Positions 16,646-25,618 of a stretch of 32,000 bases of DNA are shown here, piece after piece; the stretch's first letter is position 1, and each line of letters begins with the position of its first letter. This DNA is from Candidatus Babelota bacterium (GTDB taxonomy: Bacteria; Babelota; Babeliae; Babelales; Vermiphilaceae): the NCBI GenBank assembly GCA_039809905.1, contig JBDHVY010000001.1:270001-302000 (forward strand), read 5' to 3'. A program made the position numbers and the translations under genes. The notes beneath the pieces were generated by a model. That model made no database searches. It was not told where the DNA came from and worked only from the letters and a program-made list of their open reading frames with translations.

Positions 16646-18109
16646 TTATTTTAAATATTTGCCAGCTATCTCAAGATGTTTTTTAAGTTTTTCACGTTTC
16701 ATTTTTTTTAATAATCCAATTATCAATCCCATGCGAGCATTAGATGAAAACATTTCCTTATGTTTATCTATAAAGCTCCAATACAAAGCATCCCAAATCT
16801 CTACCCATGAACCAGATCTATAATTCGACATTTTTTTAATATAGGAGGAGGCAGAACAATAAGGCTTTGTTACCATACTTCCTCCATCTGCATATTGACT
16901 CATCCCATAGACATTAGGAACCATCACCCAATCATAGGCATCAATAAACATCTCCATAAACCAATTATAAACTTCATGTGGATGAGTTTCTGCTAATAGC
17001 ATAAAATTACCCAATACCATTAATCGCTCTATATGATGCGCATAAGCATATTTTAAGACATTCTTGATAACATTATCAACAGGATTTATTCCAGTAGTTG
17101 CCGACCAAAAAGTTTTTTCTAGACGGTTTTTGTGATGAAATACATTTTTTTTACGCTGAACGTTTCCAGCAACTACATAGATACTCCTAACAAACTCACG
17201 CCATCCAAGAACCTGACGGACAAATCCTTCTATTTCATTCATAGGTATTTTATTCTGAAATCCATAATCAACTACTTGCCGAACAACATCATCCGGAAGT
17301 AAAAGGCCAACGTTAAGAAGAGGAGACAACAATGAATGGAAACCAAACGGATGCTCAATATGCATAGCATCTTGATAAGTACCAAAATAACGTAGCTTAG
17401 TTTGTAAAAAATTCTTAAACCAATCTTCAGCTTGCTGGTGAGTTACAGGATATATAAAACAATCAACATAGCCTGGATTATGTGTAAAATACTTTTTTAC
17501 ATAAGCTCTTGCTTGCCTGACATACAAACATTCATTTGTCTCCGGAGTTTTATTAAAATGCACGCTACCATCAAACATTTTTCGGTTTTGAACATCAAAA
17601 CTCCATTTACCTCCACGAGGCCTGCCATGATACATCAAAATATCATACCGTTTACGCATGTATTGATAAAAAGAAACCATCGAATAGTGTTTTTTCCCCT
17701 TAAAATAAAGCTCTACATCTGGCAAAGATAAGAAAAATGATGGAGAATTATGCATTGTTATAAAAAATTTAGCTTCATCTGCAGTCTGTAGAATTTTTTT
17801 TGCCAAGGCTTTATCAATAACATCAAAATAATCAGCTTGATTAATTTTCTCTTTTTTAAGCAGCAAAAAAATTTTTTTCAACCCACTTTTGCATTCATCA
17901 TGCTGATAATAGATAACACGCTTACCCTTCTTCTTAAGTAATGCTGCATATGCTTGCATAGTAGCCCGATGGAACATGATTTTTTGCTTATGAAATGCAA
18001 AAGCATGAAAAAAGTGTGGATCTTCAATAAGCACTATATGTGAATGTTTCTCAATCAATTCATGATGCTTAAAAAGCTGATGCGGAAACAACAACAATGA
18101 ACTCTTCAT
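16646..18109 (-). CDS. cryptochrome/photolyase-family protein of the PhrB/CryB (FeS-BCP, COG3046) type
   Basis: N-terminal LLLFPHQLF, GWREFVR, YAHHIERLMVLGNF, FIDAYDWVMVPNVYGMSQYADGG and KPYCSASSYIKKMSNY are hallmarks of the COG3046 photolyase-related family. Confidence 0.85.
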   Translation of the reverse strand: MKSSLLLFPHQLFKHHELIEKHSHIVLIEDPHFFHAFAFHKQKIMFHRATMQAYAALLKKKGKRVIYYQHDECKSGLKKIFLLLKKEKINQADYFDVIDKALAKKILQTADEAKFFITMHNSPSFFLSLPDVELYFKGKKHYSMVSFYQYMRKRYDILMYHGRPRGGKWSFDVQNRKMFDGSVHFNKTPETNECLYVRQARAYVKKYFTHNPGYVDCFIYPVTHQQAEDWFKNFLQTKLRYFGTYQDAMHIEHPFGFHSLLSPLLNVGLLLPDDVVRQVVDYGFQNKIPMNEIEGFVRQVLGWREFVRSIYVVAGNVQRKKNVFHHKNRLEKTFWSATTGINPVDNVIKNVLKYAYAHHIERLMVLGNFMLLAETHPHEVYNWFMEMFIDAYDWVMVPNVYGMSQYADGGSMVTKPYCSASSYIKKMSNYRSGSWVEIWDALYWSFIDKHKEMFSSNARMGLIIGLLKKMKREKLKKHLEIAGKYLK

Positions 18110-18204
18110 AATTCTTTTTTATTATTCAAAAGTGTTTATCTATATTTGGCAGCTTACAAAAATAGATCTTAAAAATAAAGTCCTTAAAAAATTGGTAACT
18201 TTTT

Positions 18205-19176
18205 TTAATAAATCCATTGATAACACCTATTCCATCTCACACGTCGCCAATAATCAATAGGATGCTTAATTAAATCAACAATCCACCACCCTTCATCACT
18301 ATCAATTGACCATAAGCGAATAATTAATCGTCCATGAATATGTTCTTTTTTAATTGGTCCAAAAAAGCGACAATCTTTACTACCTAAACGATTATCACCC
18401 ATCCCCCAATATTCATCATCGCCAAGTTTGACAAAAAACACATCTGATTTGTTCCAATTATTGCGTGTTTCATCTGGTGATAATTTACCATCTCGTGGAT
18501 AAAGCGGTGTACCAGGTACCGTGAGCATCAAATTTCCTTCTTCATCACGTAAAACACGGTCCTCATGAAAACGATAAAATGGTTGTTGTTCATATGATAC
18601 AGTTGAATCATACGATCGCGGAGCAAGAGCTTCTTGTGATATACGCTGAGCAATATAACGATCGATTTTTAACTGATCAACCTTCTGTTCGCGTGATAAA
18701 TTACTAACTTCTGCTTCTATATCTTTTATTATAGCATCAACATCTTGTGATAACTCAGTAAGCAATGGATATGCATTAACATAAGGTTCATTCAATTTTT
18801 CACCATTACGATATATAACAGGTTTGCCATTTTCAATAGCACCACGAATAGTATCACCAGGAATTCCAATGATACGCTTTGTCCAATTCTGAGGTCCATA
18901 CACATATCGCTCAAATAATCTTTTAAAATAATTATCAGAATATTCATATTCTGGATCATTCATAGCAATAATTTCACCATGACGCGGGCCTCTAAAATTA
19001 TAAGTTAATTTATCAGACAAAAAACGTTCGCCAACTAAAATTGTTGTTTCCATAGAACCAGTTGGAACCTGATATAACCCAAATCCATAGGTACGGATAA
19101 GAAATACAATAATAAGGAGACCAACAATTTCAATAATATTCTTACCTTGTTGGTTTTTGGTTGTGTGATGAGACAT
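18205..19176 (-). CDS. lepB: signal peptidase I
   Basis: N-terminal TM segment, Ser box VPTGSMETT, Lys box KRIIGIPGDTI and GDNRLGSKDCRFFGPI. Confidence 0.9.
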   Translation of the reverse strand: MSHHTTKNQQGKNIIEIVGLLIIVFLIRTYGFGLYQVPTGSMETTILVGERFLSDKLTYNFRGPRHGEIIAMNDPEYEYSDNYFKRLFERYVYGPQNWTKRIIGIPGDTIRGAIENGKPVIYRNGEKLNEPYVNAYPLLTELSQDVDAIIKDIEAEVSNLSREQKVDQLKIDRYIAQRISQEALAPRSYDSTVSYEQQPFYRFHEDRVLRDEEGNLMLTVPGTPLYPRDGKLSPDETRNNWNKSDVFFVKLGDDEYWGMGDNRLGSKDCRFFGPIKKEHIHGRLIIRLWSIDSDEGWWIVDLIKHPIDYWRRVRWNRCYQWIY

Positions 19177-19199
19177 ACAATTCCTTTTTTTATTTAAAA

Positions 19200-19751
19200 T
19201 TATCTACGTTTATTTATTTTTTCATGATCAATAAGCCATTGTTTTCGCGCAATTCCTCCACCATATCCACCAATATTGCCACCCTTTCTTATAATACGAT
19301 GACAAGGAATTACAATTGCTATGTAGTTAGCTCCATTGGCATTAGCAACTGCACGATAAGCAGTAGATTTTCCAATAGATGCTGCTTGCACTGCATATGT
19401 TATTGTTTGACCATAAGGAACATATGTCAGCTGATTCCAGGAGCGTTTCTGAAATGCACTACCCACAAGATATAGCGGCGTTTTGAATTCCTCAAGCAAA
19501 CCTTCAAAATAAGATGTTAATTCTTGAGTAATTGATGTGATTGGATTGGTCACACCTGAGATAATAATTGCATTTGCCTTGAGTCTAAATTTTTCAATTT
19601 TATCTTCTAAACCTTGCTTATCTGCAAAATCTAAAAAATAAAGATCTTTCTCATCACCAATTGCAACCATTCGGCCAAGCCTTGTCTCAATTAAAGATGA
19701 TTGTAGGATTTTCTTCGAATCAGTTTTTTGTTTATACACATCGGTAATCAT
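19200..19751 (-). CDS. ogt: methylated-DNA--protein-cysteine methyltransferase
   Basis: Active-site IPCHRIIRKGGNIGGYGGG, plus YGQTITYAVQAASIG and AYRAVANANGAN. Confidence 0.9.
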   Translation of the reverse strand: MITDVYKQKTDSKKILQSSLIETRLGRMVAIGDEKDLYFLDFADKQGLEDKIEKFRLKANAIIISGVTNPITSITQELTSYFEGLLEEFKTPLYLVGSAFQKRSWNQLTYVPYGQTITYAVQAASIGKSTAYRAVANANGANYIAIVIPCHRIIRKGGNIGGYGGGIARKQWLIDHEKINKRR

Positions 19752-19840
19752 TAAAATCCTATCATTAATTTCATTAATATAAGTTGCATCTCTAGCTATT
19801 ATCAGTTTACTTCAAAGCTTTTTTTATACAATTCTTGTTT

Positions 19841-19869
19841 TTTACAAATTAAAAATGCTATTATAAAAT
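19841..19869 (+). promoter_or_regulatory. sigma70-like promoter for the 19922-20437 gene
   Basis: TTTACA (19841-19846), 17 nt, then TAAAAT (19864-19869). AT-rich background makes chance matches likely. Confidence 0.3.
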
Positions 19870-19921
19870 ATGTAAAAAATATAATGCCTTATGGGACATA
19901 TTTATATAAAAAGGATGATTC

Positions 19922-20437
19922 ATGAAGAAATTATTACTTTCAATCGCTATGACGCTTGTAGTAACATCAGGATTGCACGCAATGTCAAGAAGTGACATTG
20001 CACGAGAAATAACATCTGCATTAGGAAATCTTCAATTGAACGCGCTGGATCCCCGAGAATCCGTTGCTAAACAACAAACAGCTGTAACCAATTGGACCAA
20101 TGCTGTTGATAAAGCAAAAAAATTCGTTGTTGAGAACAGTAAAGATTTACTGAAAAAAGTTGATCCGGATTTAGCTCAGGGCTTATCAAAACTAGATCAG
20201 CTCAACAATGATTTTACCAATACGATAAAAACAATCCGAGGAACTATGCCTAATGCCCCGATTAGCAAATTGTTGCCAATATCAAACGATGCAAAAAAAC
20301 TTGGTGAGCAATTTCGATCAAAATCATTTGTACTTTCAGGAAAAAAAGATGCAGCTTTGCTTATATCAGTAGTAGCAGAATGTATAGCAAGCGGTGCAAA
20401 ATATCTTTACAATGATCTTCTTTCAAAAAAAAGATAA
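19922..20437 (+). CDS. secreted helical hypothetical protein
   Basis: Signal peptide MKKLLLSIAMTLVVTSGLHA. SD AAAGGA is upstream. Confidence 0.6.
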   Translation: MKKLLLSIAMTLVVTSGLHAMSRSDIAREITSALGNLQLNALDPRESVAKQQTAVTNWTNAVDKAKKFVVENSKDLLKKVDPDLAQGLSKLDQLNNDFTNTIKTIRGTMPNAPISKLLPISNDAKKLGEQFRSKSFVLSGKKDAALLISVVAECIASGAKYLYNDLLSKKR

Positions 20438-20469
20438 GTAATTTTTAATCAGCTTAAAGATCAAAGCTT

Positions 20470-20521
20470 TTATGAATAAGATAAATATAAAAACCAACTT
20501 TTATATTTATCTTATTCATAA
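20470..20521 (+). terminator. long AT-rich perfect hairpin downstream of the 19922-20437 gene
   Basis: 23-bp perfect inverted repeat TTATGAATAAGATAAATATAAAA-accaac-TTTTATATTTATCTTATTCATAA. Confidence 0.5.
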
Positions 20522-20668
20522 TCTCATATCAATAAAAACTAGACCCATCATAGCCAATTTTGGCCAATTATAGCCAAAAAACAAAGTCATAATCATTGCC
20601 ATAATCATTGCTTTTTTCTTGACAATGCGCTTATATAAACATAAAAACTGTTACAAAAAAGGAAGAAA

Positions 20669-21121
20669 ATGATGTGCCATTCCATTGTATTACAAGAACT
20701 TGGGCTAACCATAATTCGTATGAGTTTTGGTGTTATTTTTACCATATTTGGTTATACCAAATTATTATCTGGATCAGCTAAACTCACCGAGCTAGGAAGT
20801 GCAATGGGATTATTCGGCATAAAGTGGGGCTATCTTTTTTGGGGATATGCGGCAGCATTAACCCTTCTTTTTGGAGGCCTTGCTTTTGTACTTGGTATGT
20901 ATACCCGTATTGCATCTCTTCCATTACTATGGTTTTTGATAGTAGCTCTTTATTTTCATTTTCAGAGAAATGATCCTTTTACTCAATGGGCTTTTGCATC
21001 GCTTTGTTTATGTATTGTTGCAGCATTTTTTATAGCAGGAAGTGGAACATATTCATTAGATCATGCAATAGAAATGTGCACAGCATGTAAAAAATCTGAA
21101 CAAAAAACTACCAATAGCTAA
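20669..21121 (+). CDS. DoxX-family membrane protein
   Basis: 150 aa with 4 TM segments. The N-terminal LGLTIIRMSFGVIFTIFGYTKL is typical of DoxX. Confidence 0.75.
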   Translation: MMCHSIVLQELGLTIIRMSFGVIFTIFGYTKLLSGSAKLTELGSAMGLFGIKWGYLFWGYAAALTLLFGGLAFVLGMYTRIASLPLLWFLIVALYFHFQRNDPFTQWAFASLCLCIVAAFFIAGSGTYSLDHAIEMCTACKKSEQKTTNS

Positions 21122-22575
21122 ATCCAATTACGTGGATCAAGAAGCTGAGAACAGGTAATAATATCATCAAAATAGGCGCGCTTAATAAGCGCGTCTTCTG
21201 CTCCTTCACTGCAAATAAGCACCTTATGAATTGTTTTATTTCCTTTATTAGGAAACAAGGATAATTTTTTTTCAAATTCTGCAATAACACTGGTACCAAC
21301 TTTGCCTTGCAAATATTTCATTTCACAAATGGTATAGACATTATCAGCACGATCAAAAATCAAATCAATTTGATAACCAGGATTTTCTTTATCTGTTGCA
21401 CGGCTAAAAAACACTCCGGAACGATAGTGCACACCAGAAAAATATAAGATCTTTGCAATTACATGATGATACTTTCTGCAAAATCGTTCAAATGCAAAAC
21501 CAAGCCACTTAATATAGCTATCAACTTTTAATGCGGCTCTTGGGTTATTATCATATACACCTGTTTCAATATTTTTTTGTAAGGGCTTAATAAATTTACA
21601 ATAAAAATGCATATAATTATCATCTATTGCGTAGCGCGTTAACATCGTAGTTTCTTCAAGATTAAATGGATAATAATGGGTAATAAAACCAGATTTTTCC
21701 AAATCAAGTAGCACATTAGTCAAGCTTCCTCCTGATGAAGCTCCAAGAAGTTCAGCCAGCTCCGTTCGCGTTGCAAATTTACGCGTACTGAGAAGATCAA
21801 TAATTGCTCGATAATATTTATTATTAGACATGCTACTGGTGAAAATACGCTCATATTCACGAGCAAAGAAACTACCCGATGTAAAAGAATTTTTACATAA
21901 ACTAATAAAGACTGAAGATTCCTTATTAATCCATTTTAAATATTCAGGAACTCCACCAATGGTTAAATAGGCATCAAATACTTCCCTATTGCTGCGCTTT
22001 TTAAGAAATTCTTTAGCTTCGTATACATTAAACTCTTTGAGATGAAATTCATACTGAGATCTATTGTATAATGCTTTTGAATGCAAAACATGATCTATCA
22101 TAAATGATGGAGCCGATCCACAGAGCACAATAACGAGCTTAGGATTATGACGAAAATAATTATCCCAAACATACTTTAATTCAGCAATTAATGTATCATC
22201 ATAGCGCGCAAGCCATTGTAACTCTTCTAAATAAATAGTCCACGTTCCCTTACGAGTATAATCATACAAAACTTCAAAAAACTCTCGCCAACTATGCAAT
22301 ACTGTTTTTGTCAGCAGATTACTTTCGGCATATTTTGCCAATTGGTTCACCGCGTGAGCCAACTGTGCTTTATGAGATAAACCCTCAATACCTTCAAATT
22401 TTAATAAATTCCTGTCTCTAAACGCTTGCTCGAGTAATTCGGTTTTACCTATTCTTCTTCGACCAAACATGATGATAATTGAAGCTTGTCCCGATGTACC
22501 AATTTTATCCAAACGCTCTAATTCAGCAACTCTTCCAATAAAATTTTTCTTTATTTTTATGCGTAATGGTTTCAT
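21118..22575 (-). CDS. AAA+ ATPase (COG1672 / archaeal-ATPase type) with DUF234-like C-terminal domain
   Basis: FIGRVAELERL ... MFGRRRIGKTELLEQAF (Walker A). C-terminal QIDLIFDRADNVYTICEMKY is a PD-(D/E)xK-like D...E-x-K. I prefer ATG 22575 (SD GAGAGGA 5 nt upstream) over the track's TTG 22599. Confidence 0.85.
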   Translation of the reverse strand: MKPLRIKIKKNFIGRVAELERLDKIGTSGQASIIIMFGRRRIGKTELLEQAFRDRNLLKFEGIEGLSHKAQLAHAVNQLAKYAESNLLTKTVLHSWREFFEVLYDYTRKGTWTIYLEELQWLARYDDTLIAELKYVWDNYFRHNPKLVIVLCGSAPSFMIDHVLHSKALYNRSQYEFHLKEFNVYEAKEFLKKRSNREVFDAYLTIGGVPEYLKWINKESSVFISLCKNSFTSGSFFAREYERIFTSSMSNNKYYRAIIDLLSTRKFATRTELAELLGASSGGSLTNVLLDLEKSGFITHYYPFNLEETTMLTRYAIDDNYMHFYCKFIKPLQKNIETGVYDNNPRAALKVDSYIKWLGFAFERFCRKYHHVIAKILYFSGVHYRSGVFFSRATDKENPGYQIDLIFDRADNVYTICEMKYLQGKVGTSVIAEFEKKLSLFPNKGNKTIHKVLICSEGAEDALIKRAYFDDIITCSQLLDPRNWI

Positions 22576-22593
22576 AGCAATCCTCTCTTTTTT

Positions 22594-22682
22594 AGCCAAC
22601 TAGCTCTATTTTAACTCATACTTGGCTAAAATTGCAACTAAACATTTAAGCCAAGTATTATCCTTTGTGAAGCTACTTGGCT
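22594..22682. promoter_or_regulatory. array of four (A/C)TA(C/G)TTGGCT motifs in alternating orientation upstream of the AAA+ ATPase gene
   Basis: AGCCAA at 22594-22599, TTGGCT at 22622-22627, AGCCAA at 22649-22654 and TTGGCT at 22677-22682, spaced 27-28 bp. Three copies share TACTTGGCT exactly. Confidence 0.4.
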
Positions 22683-22848
22683 GTCAATCGTCTATTTTCA
22701 AATAGATGCCATTATCACCTATCATCGCAATAGCAGAATAAAACTCAAAAAGTCTTGCTTTATCTCATACTTTCCATAAACTATAACCAGGCAAAATAGG
22801 CGGAATAATATAATGGCTCTTACAATATATATACAATAAAGGATACTC

Positions 22849-23235
22849 ATGTTGAAAAAAATGGCACTTAGCGCATTATTAGCACTATCAACTATTGTCT
22901 CAGCACAAATCAATCTTGATCTTGACCTTATGATTTCTGATACAGCTACTGAACGTCACGCAACAGGATCTGTTGTAATTGATGAAAATGTAGTAACATC
23001 TATCATTTTTAACGGTCTTGAATCACTTATTATTACAGTAATCGCACAAGAAAATGAAGAAGGTGTAACTGTTCAAGCACAATTTTTCCAAAAAATGGAA
23101 GATGATGAATTAGTTCCTATGACTGAACCTCTTGCAGTACAAATGGCACGTAATGAACCAGGAACAATAACAATCAATGAACCAGATAATAACGGCTCAC
23201 TAGTTCTTATTATCACTCCATCTTTCGTGGAGTAA
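22849..23235 (+). CDS. small secreted hypothetical protein
   Basis: Signal peptide MLKKMALSALLALSTIVSA-QI. SD AAAGGA is upstream. Confidence 0.6.
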   Translation: MLKKMALSALLALSTIVSAQINLDLDLMISDTATERHATGSVVIDENVVTSIIFNGLESLIITVIAQENEEGVTVQAQFFQKMEDDELVPMTEPLAVQMARNEPGTITINEPDNNGSLVLIITPSFVE

Positions 23236-23275
23236 AATTATTCCCATATCCTATTTTGCTAAAAAAACAAAAACA

Positions 23276-23313
23276 GGGTTCTTAGGCATTGACCTTAGAA
23301 CCTTTATTTTTTT
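23276..23313 (+). terminator. intrinsic terminator
   Basis: GGTTCTTAGG-cattga-CCTTAGAACC forms a 10-bp stem with one mismatch, followed by TTTATTTTTTTG. Confidence 0.7.
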
Positions 23314-23379
23314 GCTCTCATCACAATTATTCAACACACATATTTTTTAATAACATACTAACATCACAAAAGATAACTC

Positions 23380-23634
23380 ATGAAAACAACTATTTCACTT
23401 GCATTACTTTTCTGCGTAATTACATCTACAACAAACACCATGCACAAATCCAATACAACAGACACTATGTATAAAACCAAAAGTAATCAAAAGCCTTATA
23501 GAAAAGAGCAATATCCACAGATAATGGAAACGAGAACAAAGAAAAAACAGCAAGCTATAGAAAGAAAAGAAAAACAAAAACAATTTACCTTGCAACGCTC
23601 ACAAGAATTATCTCAGAAATATAATAGAAAATAA
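23380..23634 (+). CDS. small secreted basic K/Q-rich protein
   Basis: Signal peptide MKTTISLALLFCVITSTTN followed by a highly basic tail (TRTKKKQQAIERKEKQKQ). Confidence 0.5.
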   Translation: MKTTISLALLFCVITSTTNTMHKSNTTDTMYKTKSNQKPYRKEQYPQIMETRTKKKQQAIERKEKQKQFTLQRSQELSQKYNRK

Positions 23635-23680
23635 CTCTCATTAAAAATCTCATAAAATATACGTCAATAATTCATAATAC

Positions 23681-23718
23681 AGTATTGGGCTCGTCCACAA
23701 AAGGAATAGCCCAATACT
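23681..23718. other. 11-bp perfect stem-loop in an intergenic region
   Basis: AGTATTGGGCT - 16 nt - AGCCCAATACT. There is no adjacent T-tract, so terminator function is uncertain. Confidence 0.35.
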
Positions 23719-23831
23719 ATCAAAAATGTTTATCTTAAAATCTGCTCTTGCTTAACCAGTAGATAATTATATTGAATTGTAAAACATAAACTTGTTAACT
23801 TACCATCTGATTATTTAAAGGAACTTCTCTA

Positions 23832-24815
23832 TTGGAAGGAAATCTAACAGTGTACATGTTTATAATTTTGTTATTATCTAGTTTTATTTATCCTAATATC
23901 TATGGTGAAATCATTAATCATTCAAACAAACAACCAGATATTGTATCAATTGCCACTCAATTAGCTGCAGGTCGTCAGGGCGTACGAAATAACAATCTAT
24001 CGACAACAAAAAAACGTCATCGTTCCATTGCTGATACCAACCAGAATGATGCAACACCTCAACGAGCTATTATTATTGGTGCTTCTGTGGGAATGGGAAA
24101 AGAATTATCCAAAATGCTTGCTGCTGATGGATACATCGTTGGTATGACGTCTCGTAGAATTGAATTACTCCAAGATATTCAACAAGAAATTCCTACACAA
24201 ACGTATATTGCTCAGATGGATATCTCTCAACCAGAGCAAGCAATAGATACACTCAATAAATTAATTGAAGAAATGGGCGGGCTCGATTTAATAGTTATTG
24301 CAGCAACTGGTTTTTGGGATTGCGATTTTGATGATAACGATTGGCAAAAATCATTACCTGTATTAACTGTTGATGTTGTCGGCTTTTTTGCAGTTGCACG
24401 GACCGCACTTAATTTTTTTGAGGAACAAGGCTACGGCCATCTTGTTGGATTTTCATCTATGGATGGAGTACGTGGAGTTGCTGGCGCTCCAGCGTATTCA
24501 GCATCGAAGGCATTTTGCTCACGTTATTTAGAAGCTGAACGTAATAAATTTATGCAAAAAAATATGCCTATTCATGTTACTGAATTATGTCCTGGTTGGA
24601 TTAATAGCAGAGGAGATCTTGATTTTGATGAGTTACCGCATGCTTATTGGGTTGAATCACTTGATGATGCAATGAAAGATATTATGGAAGCTATCAAAAA
24701 CAAAGAACATGTTGCCTATATTACACGTCGTTGGCAAAAAGTTGCTGAGTTATTACATTACATTCCTGCAGATCTTTATAATGCACTAAGCGCACGCCCA
24801 GGTGGAGGATTTTAA
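23832..24815 (+). CDS. short-chain dehydrogenase/reductase with N-terminal hydrophobic leader
   Basis: Cofactor motif IIIGASVGMGKEL and catalytic YSASKAF. The start is ambiguous (TTG 23832, GTG 23850 or ATG 23856). Confidence 0.85.
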   Translation: MEGNLTVYMFIILLLSSFIYPNIYGEIINHSNKQPDIVSIATQLAAGRQGVRNNNLSTTKKRHRSIADTNQNDATPQRAIIIGASVGMGKELSKMLAADGYIVGMTSRRIELLQDIQQEIPTQTYIAQMDISQPEQAIDTLNKLIEEMGGLDLIVIAATGFWDCDFDDNDWQKSLPVLTVDVVGFFAVARTALNFFEEQGYGHLVGFSSMDGVRGVAGAPAYSASKAFCSRYLEAERNKFMQKNMPIHVTELCPGWINSRGDLDFDELPHAYWVESLDDAMKDIMEAIKNKEHVAYITRRWQKVAELLHYIPADLYNALSARPGGGF

Positions 24816-24832
24816 TAAAAAATAGAGACGCT

Positions 24833-25618
24833 ATGTTAAAAAAAAGAATAGTTTTATTACTTTTCGTTTCATTACCATCGTATTGCGCTATGGCTCCTGC
24901 AATGAGGCAGTTAATTATCAGTAAACCTTTTTTTGATAATCCTCATAATATTATATGCGCTATCAAAAAAACTATCGACAAAATCGAACGCAAACGATTA
25001 TCTTATCCTGATTATGCAGCAAGAAAAGGAATTATTTGGAGCGATTTTTGGATAAATACACAAACACCATCAGTAATTGAGGAATGTAAAAAAAACATAA
25101 AAATAACTTTGATAGATAACAAACTACAAAAACATAATCCTGAATCTATCTTCAATTATCCAACATTAAAGAATATTCTCTGCCAAGATATCTTGCCAAA
25201 AACATTGACGCTCATCAAAACGAGCGGTTGGTCTCGTTTACCAGAGAAAGTGTTTGCACAATTTTTCCTTCAACGATGCGAAACAAGCGAACCAATGGAT
25301 TGGCACCAAGATCCGGGAGAAGATTATGATACAATGGCAGATTTTTCTTTAGCGCTCATGCTCAGCAATCAAAATGATCCAGTATACGGTTGGCAAGGAG
25401 GAACATTTAAAATACGATCTGGGTTACCATTGGATGCATACAGTGAAAATGATGTTGAAACTATTATTCCTGAATACAACCAAGCTCTTTTATTCAATAA
25501 TAAAATACATAGCCATGCAGTAACAGCAATTACAAGTACCCATGGAAAGCGAGACCTTATTGTAGTTCCCTTATATCTGGGAAAAGAACCCAAACCAATC
25601 ATAGAATTTAAAGAATGA
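24833..25618 (+). CDS. 2OG-Fe(II) oxygenase-like protein with signal peptide
   Basis: H-x-D (WHQDPGE) plus a distal His (KIHSHAVTAI) and a following basic residue (GKRDLIVVP) fit the facial-triad pattern. N-terminus is MLKKRIVLLLFVSLPSYCAMA. Confidence 0.6.
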   Translation: MLKKRIVLLLFVSLPSYCAMAPAMRQLIISKPFFDNPHNIICAIKKTIDKIERKRLSYPDYAARKGIIWSDFWINTQTPSVIEECKKNIKITLIDNKLQKHNPESIFNYPTLKNILCQDILPKTLTLIKTSGWSRLPEKVFAQFFLQRCETSEPMDWHQDPGEDYDTMADFSLALMLSNQNDPVYGWQGGTFKIRSGLPLDAYSENDVETIIPEYNQALLFNNKIHSHAVTAITSTHGKRDLIVVPLYLGKEPKPIIEFKE

